Assembly (NCBI RefSeq): GCF_006345805.1
Contig: NC_043008.1
Location: 65,844,001 to 65,908,000 of the forward strand
Reading direction: 5' to 3'
DNA length: 64,000 bases
From: Octopus sinensis
Lineage: Eukaryota
In this document: piece by piece, positions 1 to 12,997 of the stretch
Numbering within the stretch: position 1 is the stretch's first letter
Layout: each line of letters begins with the position of its first letter
Translations under genes and position numbers: made by a program
Notes under the pieces: generated by a model
What the model saw: the letters and a program-made list of their open reading frames with translations, nothing else
What the model was told of the DNA's origin: nothing
Databases searched by the model: none

Positions 1-297
1 TATAGCTGTGAACAGACCAAAGCTTTTTTGAGTGGATTTGGTAGTCGGAAACTAAAAGAAGTGCGTCGTGTGTGTGTGTATGCACGCGCGTATTTTGTGT
101 CTGTATTTGTATCCACCACCGCTTAACAACCAGTGCTGGTGTGCTTATGTTCCCGTCACTTAGCGCTTCGGCCAAAGAAACCAGTAGAACAAGTACTATG
201 CTTAAAAGAACATTCCTAGGGTTGATTTTTGCTACTAAATCCCTTTAAGGTAGTGCCCAAGCATGACTGCAGTCAAAAGAGTGAAACAAGAAAAAAG
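1..297 (+). mobile_element. SINE family A, 5'-truncated copy
   Basis: Contains agtggatttggtag..gaaactaaaagaag, an internal TG tract and the 3' tail ccaagcatgactgcagtcaaaagagtgaaacaag, homologous to the full copy at 1160-1619. Confidence 0.85.
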
Positions 298-1067
298 ATA
301 CCAAAATTTTATGTAGTGAAAGTAGAATTCGGCTTAACAGCTTCTAACATTTCAATGGCTGCTTTCTCTCTCTGTACTTTTGATTCGCCATTGTACGTCC
401 CATGTCTCAGTGAAGCTGTTTTAATAAATTTCTCTTAAGAGTATTACGTAAATCGGCCACTTAATGTCTATAATATGGTTCTCTTTCTTGACTCAATCCA
501 GGAGCTAAACGGGGAGTTTTAAACTCTGATTTGAACGAGTTAACTTTAAATGTTTCAATATAACCTTGGGTTTTAATATAGAATTTAACAAACAAATGCA
601 TAATATTTCTGATGAAACTATCAAGATTTTATTAATAATTAATTGCTGAAACCATTTAATATTTCGTAAGTAATATTTTACTTGATGCTTCAAATTCTAA
701 TTAACTTCACAGTAGTGGAAATATGAAATAATACACCATATTCCGGTCTTTAATTTATCGCCAGTTTCTTATTCACTACATCGGCATTATTTCATATACT
801 TTCACATAGAAATTGCATAGTTCCAAGGTTTCCTCTTCTTCAAAATTCCAATATGTTAGCGAACGTTCACACAAACTACTGACATTACTCACACATTTAA
901 CGTTAAGGAATTGTATGGCTATTAATATAATTCTGCCTTACGGTCAAAAGTGTTAAGGATATCGACACAACCAATCCCTTTGTTCTCTTTTTTTCCATCT
1001 ATCTATCAATCAATATATATGAATATGTACACGGGCTATAAGAAGCTTGCTCACAAAACACATGGGC

Positions 1068-1150
1068 ATCTTGCCCAAATATCTTCTACTATGGCTTCAT
1101 ACCCATCAAATCCTTCTAAGTGGATTTGGTAGACGAAAACTAAAAGAAGC
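1068..1150 (+). mobile_element. SINE family A internal fragment
   Basis: tcttctactat...agtggatttggtagacgaaaactaaaagaagc matches the family A body. Confidence 0.7.
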
Positions 1151-1159
1151 TAGTCATAA

Positions 1160-1330
1160 GGCGCAGGAGTGGTTGTGTGGTAAGTAGCTTGCTTACCAAC
1201 TACATGGTTCCGGGTTCAGTCCCACTGCGTGACACCTTGGGCAAGTGTCTTCTACTATATCCTTGGACCGACCAAAGCTTTGTGAGTGGATTTGGTAGAT
1301 AGAAACTGAAAGAAACCCGTCGTATATATG

Positions 1331-1410
<80 letters not shown>

Positions 1411-1619
1411 TGTGTATGTGTATGTTTGTGTTTGTCCACCCAACATCGTTGACAATCGATGCTGGTTTGCTTGCGTCCCCGTAACTTAGCGGTTCAGCAA
1501 AAGAGACCGATACAATAAGTACTAGGCTTACAAAGACTAAGTCCTGGGGTCGATTTGGTCGACTAAAGGGGGTGCTCCAGCATGGCCGCAGTCCAATGAC
1601 TGAAACAAGTAAAAGAGTA
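1160..1619 (+). mobile_element. SINE family A, full length (tRNA-like head, CORE-like segment, internal (TA)(TG)n, LINE-derived tail)
   Basis: Head with A-box-like TGGTTGTGTGG and B-box-like GGTTCAGTCCC; ccttgggcaagtgtctt resembles the CORE-SINE domain; ends ...catggccgcagtccaatgactgaaacaagtaaaagagta; more than 10 related pieces in the window. Confidence 0.9.
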
Positions 1620-1644
1620 TATGTAAATGTGCGCGCACGTGGGT

Positions 1645-1825
1645 GTGTGTCTTTCTGTCTGTATTTGTCCCCCACCACCGCTTGACAACCAATGTTGGCG
1701 TGTTTACATCCCTGTAAAGTGACCGATAGCGAAAGAAACCAAGTTATAAAATAGAAAATACTTTTTCAATGTGGTGCCCCAGCATGACCGCAGTCTAATG
1801 ACTGAAATAAGGGAAAGATAAAAGA
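1645..1825 (+). mobile_element. SINE family A, 3' half
   Basis: tttgtcccccaccaccgcttgacaacc...gtgccccagcatgaccgcagtctaatgactgaaa. Confidence 0.8.
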
Positions 1826-1852
1826 CAAATAGACACACACACTCACATACAT

Positions 1853-1892
<40 letters not shown>

Positions 1893-2414
1893 GCCCTTCA
1901 ATTTTTATTCTGATTTTCCCATTTTATCTACTCTATGCTTCCTTATATACAGAAATACAGAATGGGTTATTGTTCTGTTTATTTAACTCAATAAATTTCT
2001 ATTGAGATATCATGAACAGAAAGTGTTTACCTTTCATCAACTATGGTAGGTTGTTACTGCTACAGTTTCTTTTACTGCTACAGTTTCTTTTACTGCTACT
2101 ACTACTACTACTACTACAACTACTACTACTACTGCTGCTATTGTTACTGCTATTGTTGCCGCCATTGTTCTTGATGTTGATGCTGCTATAACAATGCAGT
2201 ATAACTCTTCACCCATGGAGCAAGGTCTCTGAATTTGTACGTGCAGTATATATGTGTTTATGTAGCTATCTATTGCGTATGAGCGTATATGTACCTATTT
2301 GTAATTATGCACTTACTTGCACTCATATATATATATGCGTGAGTGTATATTTGTGTGTGTACATATATATATATATATATACACGCACACACATATATAT
2401 ATATACATATATGC

Positions 2415-2562
2415 GACAGGCTTCTTTCAGTTTCCGTCTACCAAATCCACTCACAAGGCATTGGTCGGCCCAGGGCTCTAGCAGAAGACACTTGCCCAAG
2501 ATGCCACGCAGTGGGACTGAACCCGGAACCATGTGGCTGGTTAGCAAGCCACTCCTGCACCT
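2415..2562 (-). mobile_element. SINE family A, 5' half
   Basis: Reverse complement of head and CORE-like body, ending at the internal microsatellite. Confidence 0.85.
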
Positions 2563-2651
2563 GTATATATATATATACACGCACAGACATATACATACAT
2601 ATATATATATATACATATATACACATATGTATACATATACACACACACACG

Positions 2652-2685
<34 letters not shown>

Positions 2686-4021
2686 CAAACACACACACGT
2701 ATATATATATTATATATATATATATATATTATATATATATATAATATATATATATGTATATATGAGGTGCAAGACAGAGGTCAGTCCTTTTATGCTTGTT
2801 GCTACAGTTAAATACATCGAAATATCTTGATGAGATTAACAAACACATCACTTCTATAAAATCAAAACGAAGAAGCAAGCCGTATTGAACGAACGGCGAT
2901 GATGTGATGGAAGGTATTGTGTAGATCTGGCAGTCCTCACTGAATCTGACAAATTATATTTTAGTTGGGCGATACTTTAAATTACAAATGGATAAAAGTA
3001 CAAAATGAACTTGTGTGAATCATCTCCAATCTTTTTACTTCACAAGTAACTGGTCAGGTGATAACAATGGTAGTACATTTCATTTTCTTATTTTCCTAGT
3101 GATCTCATTGTTTTCAGTCATTGGACTGTTGCCACAATGAGATGTGGCCATCTTGGATTTTAGTAGTTCTGTTTACTTCGGTACTAATTTTATATTGGTT
3201 TTATTTTATCGGTCTCTGTTGAATAATTATGTTATGTGTTTGAAGTAAAAGCACATCTTTCGATAGTAGTTTATACTAATGAACGTTCATAAAGTCATGT
3301 GCAATTACAAATCGCAAACATACTCAAGCACATACACAGAGACACACACGCACACACAGGTACACACATACATGCAAGCACGGACACGTGCACACACACA
3401 CATGTATGCATGTATGTATTTATGCGTGTATGCAGTGAAGTCAACTGTTTTTACATACTACAAATGAACGTGAAGTAATTGTTTTGGAGTAGTGGATCTC
3501 GAAGCAAATACTTCTATAAAATAGCTTCATATACTTCGAGATCTCCCATTTTTAGAAAATAATTATTTCACGTTCGCTCGAAGTTTATTAAAAAAATTTT
3601 GTTAGTCATCAACATACGATTCTCGCTAATAAGAATAAAGCTCCTAAAATTGATACAGAAATTCGAACGATTGCTTTGCTCCAACATTAGAACGGCCGCC
3701 ATACTTACAGAAAATAAGCGTTCGATCTTTTCAGTCTATCCAAAGTGATTTTTAAAGCCATATTTTCCCACTATTCTTTATAGCTTTATCTACTTCAAAA
3801 TACACCGTTCCGAAAAAGAAACTATGCAGAGTAAGACTCGGATACGCAGCATTTTCATCATTTACATTTATACTCAGACTAGCATTTGAAAGATGAGGAG
3901 GTCGACAATCTGTATGAAATAAGCCAAGAAATAACGGGTCAACATAATTGCTGTCCACTTGCCCCGTAATACCATTCAACTTACCAGCAATATTTTATTT
4001 AAAACTATATTATTCATGTAT

Positions 4022-4432
4022 CACAGGTGTGGCTGAGTGGTAAGTAGTTTGCTTCCTCACCGGGTTCAGTCTTACGACATGTCACCTTTGGAAAGTACCT
4101 TCTACTCTAGCGCTGGGCCGACTAAAGCCTTGTGAGTGGATTTGCTTGATGGAAACTGAAACAACTCTTCCAGGTGTGTGTATGTGTCTGTCTCTATCTA
4201 TATGTGTATGTCTTTGTGCCTGTGTTTGTCCCTTACGCCCGCTTGACAACTGGTGTTGGTGTGTTTACGTCCCCGTAACTTAGTGGTTCGCCAAAGGTAG
4301 ATCAATAAAATATGTACCATGTTTCAAATATAAATAACGACTGGGTTCGATTCATTCAACTAAAATTCTTCAAAGCAGTCCTCCGGCATGGCCGCAATCT
4401 GATGACTGAAGCAAATAAAAGGTAAAAGGCGA
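4022..4432 (+). mobile_element. SINE family A, diverged full-length copy
   Basis: gtggctgagtggtaagtagtttgc head through ccggcatggccgcaatctgatgactgaagcaaataaaagg tail. Confidence 0.8.
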
Positions 4433-4874
4433 AAGAGTATCGTTGACTGAGGACGGTTAGGTGCGATTTTAAAGACATCTTCCTGCTATTTCTTAAGTGT
4501 CGTATTTGATCCATTGCTTCTATATCTTTGTTTTCTTTTTCCTTTGCATTTTTTCTTTGTTTTTTGTTTTAGCATTTCACCTGCGAGAAGTTGGCTGTTA
4601 TTTCATCAAGTCATGCGATTGTTTAGTGACTCCTTCAACACAGATGATAGACTCCTAGTTTATTCTGGGTTTTTTTCTTTTTTTTTAAGGTCAAGTCTTC
4701 TTGAACGTAATGAGAAAGCAACAAAAATCCATTTCTGTACAGTATCTCTTAGTAGAGACTTCACTTCCCTCGGAGAGCGTATACTTAGATCAGGTATTTC
4801 TATCTATCTATCTATCTATCTATCTAGCTATTTTTCTATCTATCTGTCCATAGCCACTACACATTCTATATTTT

Positions 4875-5020
4875 CTCTCCTTGTTTGTTCCTGTATTCCT
4901 TTCTGTGGAAGAGCGTAGGCTCGAAACGTTAAAGACTTTTTCACTTCCCGAGTGTAATACTAATGTTTGTTGTCTACACCACCTCTCTTTGCCTTTTGTT
5001 TCTTTGTGAATTCTCCCTAT
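4875..5020 (+). mobile_element. Short repeat family P1, probably Penelope-derived terminal sequence
   Basis: Inverted homolog at 7958-8120 (gaagagcgtaggctcgaaacgt shared exactly); contains a hammerhead-like fold as in PLE pseudo-LTRs. Confidence 0.6.
4899..4934 (+). ncRNA. Minimal type I hammerhead-like motif with variant core (CUGUGGA)
   Basis: CTTT-CTGTGGA-A-GAGC(GTAG)GCTC-GAAA-CGT-T-AAAG: stem I CTTT/AAAG, stem II GAGC/GCTC, loopless palindromic ACGT stem III; A6 of the core replaced by U. Confidence 0.55.
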
Positions 5021-5034
5021 ATATATATATATAT

Positions 5035-5095
<61 letters not shown>

Positions 5096-5100
5096 ATATA

Positions 5101-5138
<38 letters not shown>

Positions 5139-5663
5139 TATATATATATACATGTATATATACCTATCTACCTATCTATCTATCTGCCTATCTGTCTCTC
5201 AGTCTTATTACACCTACATATAATGACAGACGTTATCCCATAATTTCAATTACAGCTTCAACTATATTTACCGTATCCTTCTGGGCTTTACAAAATAAGG
5301 AACAGAAGTACAAGCGGGTGAAATTCTACTAATTATATGGTCCTTTGTTGTGTGTCTAATGTAAATAAATTACTATTTCAGATCATTCCGTAGACTATTT
5401 GATATTTGCATATTTGCTCTATCAATATTCCATATCACTTAATGTGCATATGTCATATTTGCTTTTAATCATATCCTAGAATATTACCTGTTTCGATTGC
5501 TGCATATCAACGCATTTTGTCATATACATGTGGATGTGGATGAGTATATAGATACATATGTGTGTGTGTGTTGCATGATTTATATATGTATGTACTTATT
5601 TATATATGTGTGTATATTTGGGTGTGTGTATGCATATATCATCTGTATATACATACATCTACC

Positions 5664-5695
<32 letters not shown>

Positions 5696-5716
5696 AATCG
5701 ATATATATATATATGC

Positions 5717-5785
<69 letters not shown>

Positions 5786-6864
5786 AACTATAAATATGCA
5801 CTTACATATATGATCTATATTTGTGGTCTGTCTGCGTGCATATATGTATTTATATGCGTGTATTACACACACATACACACACACGTTCATACGTACATAC
5901 ATACACACACACATATATATATATATATACATACACGTCTGTCTACTCTTGACTGAGCAAGATCATCACTGACTATTTGCATATATATATACATATATGT
6001 ATGTGTGAGTGTGTGTGTTTGTGTGTATGTATATATATATATATATACTGAGAGAGGGGGAAAGAGAGGAAGGGAGAGACTGAGACAGAGGGTGAGATGT
6101 GAAGAGAGGGAGAAGTATTACAAACATGCCTCGAAATATTTGCTGTAGTATGGCTTCATATCAGCTGAAGTAATGCGAGGTATTTGTTTAGCTTTTCTTT
6201 CTTGTGTATCCATTATTTTGTATCAATGTAATATGGTAATATGGGAACTTGGAATATTTGTGTTATCTCGTATGTAATGACATTGGCACAGACATTCGAT
6301 TGCTGAACACAAAAAAAAACATACTGTTTTATGATATTCACTTTCCATCCTTTATTCTATTGAGTTGATTTTGTTTGCAGTCCTGAGAAGAGATCAAGGA
6401 GGAATAAAATAAGCATCTGTTATATACTACTGTCATAAACGATGACAGTAACTTCTAAATGGCTGCTTCATAAAGTTTAATGCCGGTGTTTAAGTTTTAT
6501 CTCACTAAGCAGGACGAGAGATAAATCTTGTCACCGGATAGAATATTTTCCCTTAGTTTGTGATTTTGGATGAGTTACTATCAAATCTGAATAACCAGAT
6601 GACGGCTCTGGTTTAAATGCTCATCTGGGAGAGAAAAGATATTTCTTCCATATAATTTGGACGACCTATCCTGAAACGTTATCAATCTCCCCTTCCTACG
6701 ATATGCAAACTTACCCAAACTTACAAACACCGATCTATAACTTTTTCCAGCACACAGCACACAGCAACACCAAAAACTGGTTGACAATATTGGGGTCCAC
6801 TTCCGGGTTTATAGCAGTATGTGTGAACTGCTTCTGAAGCTCAATGAAAGATAAGGAGCCCCTT

Positions 6865-7140
6865 CCGTCAGGAATGACCATGGGATTGCACATAGAAAGT
6901 TACCCTCTGTGACACAAGTCCTGGCAAAGTTGTTTATGGAAGAACAGCAGTCACCCATGCATACCAGCCATTGATGTTATCCAAGGGAAAGGCAAAGACC
7001 GATACAGCTTGGCACCGGCGACATACAACTCATTTTTACTGCTAAGTGAACTCGAACAACGTAAAATAAAGTGCTTTGCTCAACAACACAACGCTCAGCC
7101 GGGTCCGAGAATCAAACTTACTTTACTACCTCATGATTGC
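6865..7140 (-). mobile_element. SINE family D, 5'-eroded
   Basis: Homologous over about 270 bp to 7424-7740. Confidence 0.8.
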
Positions 7141-7423
7141 TCCTGACAGTAACAACTAATTTGGTTCTGTGAACCTCCTTTAGCAAGTGTCTTTTAATAT
7201 AGCCCTAGATTGTCCCATGCCTTGTAAGTGAATTTCTAGGACAGAAACTTTGTAGAAACCAATGGTGTATACATACATTGATATTGTGTGAACAGAGATC
7301 CGAGATGACAGACCCTTGAGTCTAAATAAACTGCCATGACCCGTATGCAAATCAGTTCCATTCTCTGTAGTAAGTGGATTTGTTGAGTATATAGCAGATT
7401 AGTAACTTGATTGTCTAGGATTG

Positions 7424-7740
7424 GCCCTCTTCGGTCATGAATGACCAAAGGATTGCGCCTAGAAAGTTACCCTCCGAGGTACAAGTCCGGTGAAGGTTGT
7501 TTATGGAAGACCAGCAGTCGTCCGTGCATACCAGCCTCCTCTCTCCACGCCATTGATGTTGGGAAAGGCAAAGGCCGATACAGCTTGGCACCAGTGACTT
7601 CACAACTCATTTCTACAGATGAATGAACTGGAGCAACGTGAAATAAAGTGCCTCTCTCAAGAACACAACATGCAGCCCTGTCCAGGAATCGAACTCACAA
7701 TTCATGATTGCCAGTCCAACTCTGTAACCACTGAGCCAGG
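7424..7740 (-). mobile_element. SINE family D, full length
   Basis: Minus strand: A box TGGCTCAGTGG, B box GTTCGATTCC, body tgtgttcttgagagaggcactttatttcacgttgctccagt shared with family C, distinct 3' tail. Confidence 0.85.
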
Positions 7741-7815
7741 TGATTTATATTGTTGTATTTCGGAATGGACATTTCAACACACGACTGCACATAAAAAATC
7801 TTGCACAACAAATAT

Positions 7816-7873
<58 letters not shown>

Positions 7874-7957
7874 CGTATGTACATACATACATAGAGATGG
7901 GGTATTGGTTCAAAATGTTCAGAGCACTCAAATGTGCTCAGATATTATATTGTAATG

Positions 7958-8120
7958 GGGAGAGTTTACGAAAAAAAAACAAAAGACGAAGACAGGTGGT
8001 GTACAAAACAAACAGATGTATTAGTATAACGCTCAGGAATAGAAAAAGTTTTTTACGTTTCGAGCCTACGCTCTTCTACAGAAAGGGACACAGAAAAAAA
8101 AAACAAGGAGAGAAATAAGG
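7958..8120 (-). mobile_element. Short repeat family P1, second copy
   Basis: Reverse complement of 4875-5020. Confidence 0.6.
8051..8085 (-). ncRNA. Minimal type I hammerhead-like motif with variant core (CUGUAGA)
   Basis: Minus: ctttCTGTAGA-A-GAGC(GTAG)GCTC-GAAA-CGT-A-aaaa; GUA triplet; same fold as 4899-4934. Confidence 0.5.
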
Positions 8121-8169
8121 AGAGAAAAAAATGTGTGTAGTGGCTAACGAACTATCATGGCGTGGTTTC

Positions 8170-8377
8170 AAACTTTGGCGTAAGGCAAGCAATTTCGAAG
8201 GAAGAGGACAAGTCGATTACATCGGCCCCGATACTAAACTGGTAATTATTTTACCGGCTCCGAAATGATGATAGGGAAAGTCTTTCTTCGGGGAAATTTG
8301 AATTCAGAACGTAAAGACGAATGAGACAACGTTGAACATTTAGCTCAGTGCTCTAACAATTCTGCCAACTCGCTGCT
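8170..8377 (-). mobile_element. SINE family B monomer, diverged
   Basis: Reverse complement of gcgagttggcagaattgttag...acgttctgaattcaaatttcc...atcgacttg. Confidence 0.75.
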
Positions 8378-8906
8378 TTACAATATACTGTCATATTTTG
8401 AGATAAGAAGAATTCACATATTTCTCTGCACACCAAATCTTGTTAGTCGATAGCAATTATTCAAGATGTTTGTAAGAAACTTCTGTTCATAGACTGGAAT
8501 GAAGCACAACTGTTACACCTTATGTAAATTGGAATAATTTCTTTATGAATATTCATTTTTACATTTATACCTCAGTAGTCTATATTTCTGAGAAGCTCTT
8601 GAATATATGTGTCTGTATGTATATATGTGTCTCTATACATATGTTCCTACATATGTGCATGTATGTGTATGTATGTGTGTTCGTCCGGGGGTGTATGTAT
8701 GGATTTTTTATGTTTGTGTGTACACGTCTGCGTCTATATATCCTTTTAGATATGAAATTTTTGTATATATGATATGTGTTTGTATATCAGTGTGTATGTG
8801 TGTATGTTTGTGTGAGTGTGATGTGAGTGTGCGGTATTTGTGTGTCTACATGTGTATCGTTTCATACAATGTATTCATATATATTTATACATTTATATGT
8901 GTGTAT

Positions 8907-9057
<151 letters not shown>

Positions 9058-9814
9058 TTATATGTGTATATACACATACACACACACATTATGTGTGCCT
9101 ATGTGCATCTACCTGTTCATGATAATATTCCTGTATATGTATGTATCTATATTCGTATTTGTGGTTTTCGTTTAATATATTCACATAATCTTTTTTTATA
9201 AATATATATTTACAGTCTATAGAACCATCAAGAATAATTCCGATAAGTACAATATCAGAATTTGTCTGTGTATTTTTAAGCAATTGTGTATGACAACGTG
9301 TGTATAGGTATATGTGTATATTCGACTGTGTATAAGATTGTATGCACATGTATGTAGGTGTATATAAGGTGTTCTGGTCAACAGCGTTCAGAATACGTAT
9401 GTTTAAATATGTATGTGTATTTATGTGTATACATATTTGTGTGTGTGTGTGTGAGAGAGATGTGCTCATATGTATGTATTGTTTTTGTAGCTCAGACATG
9501 TTCACAATTTGCCTGTATATGTTGAGGAGAGACAACAATGGACGGGTGGCAACAATGGAAGAACGAGAACAACAACTCTAAGACAAAATAAAGTTGTTAA
9601 CACATTTAGAATTAGCAGCAACTTTGGGGTCAACAGTTTGGCAATAGTTTGCCAACGTTTATTCTGTATCTATTGAAAAATCTTTCTAACAACGTTGAAA
9701 TCTTTCACTAAAGTGTGTTCATAAGGTCAAACGTGTAGCTTGTGATAGATTAATAACACAAGGACGTTCGAAAGATTAACAAATCAAGAAGCGGTGTGCT
9801 AAAAGTTAGGACGT

Positions 9815-10820
9815 TCAGATAACCATTGGAACCCATAAGTTCCTAATCCAATAAGTTATTGATCCAAGGCGGCGAGCTGCCAGAAACGTTTGCACGACGA
9901 GCGAAATGCTTAGCTGTATTTCGTCTGTCTTTACGTTCTGAGTTCAAATAACACCGAGGTCCACTTTGCCTTTCATCCTTTCGGTGTTGATAAATTAAGT
10001 ACCAGTTACGCACTGGGGTCGATATAATCGACTTAGTCCCTTTGTCTGTTCTTGTTTGTACCCTCTATGTTTAGCCCCTTGTGAGCAATAAAGAAATAAG
10101 AAACGTTAGCACGCCGGGCGTAATGCTTAGCTGTATTTCGTCTGTCTTTACGTTCTGAGTTCAAATTCCGCCGAGGTAGACTTTGCCTTTCATCCTTTCG
10201 GGGTCAATAAATTAGGTACCAGTTGCGTACTGATGTCAATCTAATCGACTGCTCCCCCCTCCCAAAATTTCGGGCCTTGTGTCTAGAGTAGAAAAGAATA
10301 AGTTACCTATCCATATTTTACAGACCAATAAGATACAAATCCATAACTGGTTGATCCATACGTTACTGATTCTTAAATAGCATATCAATAAGTTATAGAT
10401 TCATAAATTCCATATCAATATGTTAAAGATCGAAAAAGTTACTGATCGATAAGTTATAGATTAATAAATTGCAGACCAATAAGTTACGATCCAATAAGTT
10501 ACAGATCAATAGCTTAGATATCCATAAGTTACTAATGTAGAAGATATGGATCAATAAGTTACAGATCAATAAGTTACATATTGATAAATTTCCAATCAAT
10601 AGGGTACAAATCAAAAAGCTATGGATCTATAATTTCTGTTCCATAATTTGCATATTAAGTTACATATGAGTAAGTTACAGAGCAGTAAGTTACAAATCCG
10701 TAAGTTACAGATCGATAAGTTTATTATCAACAAGCCATAGATCGATAAGTTACAGATAAATCAGTTATTGATTCATTAGTTAATTGATTCAATAGGATAC
10801 GGATCCATAACTTAATAATT
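9815..10820. repeat. Degenerate 15-bp minisatellite (consensus GATCAATAAGTTACA), interrupted by a SINE B dimer
   Basis: Recurrent ataagttac units in a 15-nt register on both sides of the SINE. Confidence 0.8.
9868..10300 (+). mobile_element. SINE family B dimer
   Basis: Full head ggcggcgagctg..gagttcaaat, linker ttagccccttgtgagcaataaagaaata, head-truncated second unit, terminal tail gggccttgtgtctagagtagaaaag. Confidence 0.9.
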
Positions 10821-11094
10821 CTATAAAAAAATTTTTCTTGGAAAACCTTGTCTATTTCCTACAACGTATTGAATAAAGAGAGCAATAATTTGAATAATGC
10901 AATCTGAGGTACATTGTACCTAGGCAAGATAAGAACACGATGAAATGGTCATGAATAGAATGTCCTTTGATCAAAGAACTCCTCTGTCGAGTGATTCGGG
11001 GCTTATTTGGATGTAAAAGCTAGTATCGATAGCATTGTAAAAAAGATGGAAATAAGAAATAGTGAGTGGTACCGTTTCTGCTATGGGTAATATT

Positions 11095-11638
11095 GATGAT
11101 GATGATGATGAGGAGGAGGAGGAGGAGGAGGAGGAGAGGAACAGCAGCAGGAGGAGCAGCAGCAAGAGGAAGAGCAGGAGGAAGAGGAGGAAAGATATGA
11201 AACGAGGACGAGGGGAAGAGAAGGAGGAGGGGCTGGTTAAGAAAAGTTGACGATGATGGTGGTGGTGGTGGTGGTGGTCAGGTGGTGGTGATCATTATGA
11301 AAATGATCATGATGGTGATGATGATGCTGACGTTAACGATGGCAACGATGATGACGACGGTGTTCATGAGTGTAATTGAAGTAATTATGAGTATGATGAA
11401 CAGTTGGTGATGATGATCATAATCATGATCATGATGATCATGATGATGATGATCGTGATGATGATGATGATGGAGAAGATGATAACAAGAATAACGACGA
11501 CAAACGGAAACGATAAGAGATGATAACGATGGTAGTTTGGCGTTGTTGTTGACTTTGCTGCTGTTGTTGTTTTTTGTTCTAGATGAGGAGGAGGGGGACA
11601 AAGAGGACGACGACGACGATGAAGAAGAAGAAGAAGAA

Positions 11639-11680
<42 letters not shown>

Positions 11681-12190
11681 TAACAACAAGAAAAGAACAA
11701 CAAGAACAACAAGAACAACAAGAACAACCGAACAAAAGAACAACAAGAACAACAAGAACAACAACAAGAACATGAAGAAAATGAAAAAAGAACAGAAGAA
11801 AAGAAGAAGAAGAAGACGACGAAGAGAAAAGAAGAAAAAAGAAGAAGAAGAAGAAGAAGAGAAGGAGACGAAGAAAGAAGAAGAAGAAGAAGAAAAGAAA
11901 AGAAGAAGAAGAAGAAGAAGAAGAAGAAGAAAGAAGAGAAGACGAAAAAAAGACAAGAAGAACGAAAGAGAAGAAGACAAGAAGAAGGAGATTAGAAAGG
12001 AGGATGAAGAAGAAGAAGAAGAAGAAGAAGACGAAGAAGAAGAAGAAGAAGAAGAAGAAGAAGAAGAAGAAGAAGAAAGAGAAGAAGAAGAATAACAACA
12101 CAACAACAAACACCAACAACAACAAACAAGGAGGAGGAGAGGAGGAGGAAGAAGACGAGAAGAAGAGAAGGAGAAAGAAGAAGAAGAACG
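11095..12190. repeat. Compound trinucleotide tract (GAT/GAG/GGT/AAC/AAG); source of spurious long ORFs
   Basis: Directly visible low complexity. Confidence 0.95.
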
Positions 12191-12669
12191 GTTGCAGGGT
12201 TGAGGAAGAGGCAAAGAAGGTGTGTCAGCCGGTAGACGTTGAATATGTTGATTTAAAAGAGGTGCTGTTCGTTACATAGCAACAAACCATTATATTTACG
12301 GTTTGATATACGGTAAACAGTACGAAGCGCCAGACTCGTCTTAGGTGAGGAATACACCAGCAACAATGTCTACAGAATTAGGAAGTTTTATTTCTATTCT
12401 GTCTGCTTCTTTGTTTATACACCTACCAATAATATCAAACATCAATAACATTTCCTCCTAATACTCTTTTACTCTTTTAGTCTTTCTGCTTTGCCGCTCT
12501 GGTTTTTTTTTTTTTTAATTTTTTTCAGTTTTTTTATTTTTATTTTTTATATTTCTGTTGCTTTTCTTCTGAGCTGTTTATATTTATGTAGTTATTTCCT
12601 TGTTTTGAATACATATATACGATTGGTGTGTATATGTGTGTTGTATGTAGATATATGTGTTTGTGTTTG

Positions 12670-12845
<176 letters not shown>

Positions 12846-12963
12846 CGTATATTACTTACATATACCGGTATACGTATATATGTATACGCGCATGCATGTA
12901 ATTGTACATATTTACGCATGCTTGTATATATGTATGTATAATGTATGTATGTACAGGTGTTTT

Positions 12964-12997
<34 letters not shown>

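Noticed and set aside
11385-12279. Long Lys/Glu/Arg-rich, poly-Phe and poly-Ser ORFs
   Set aside because: Translations of stop-free trinucleotide repeats, open in several frames on both strands; no splice or codon evidence
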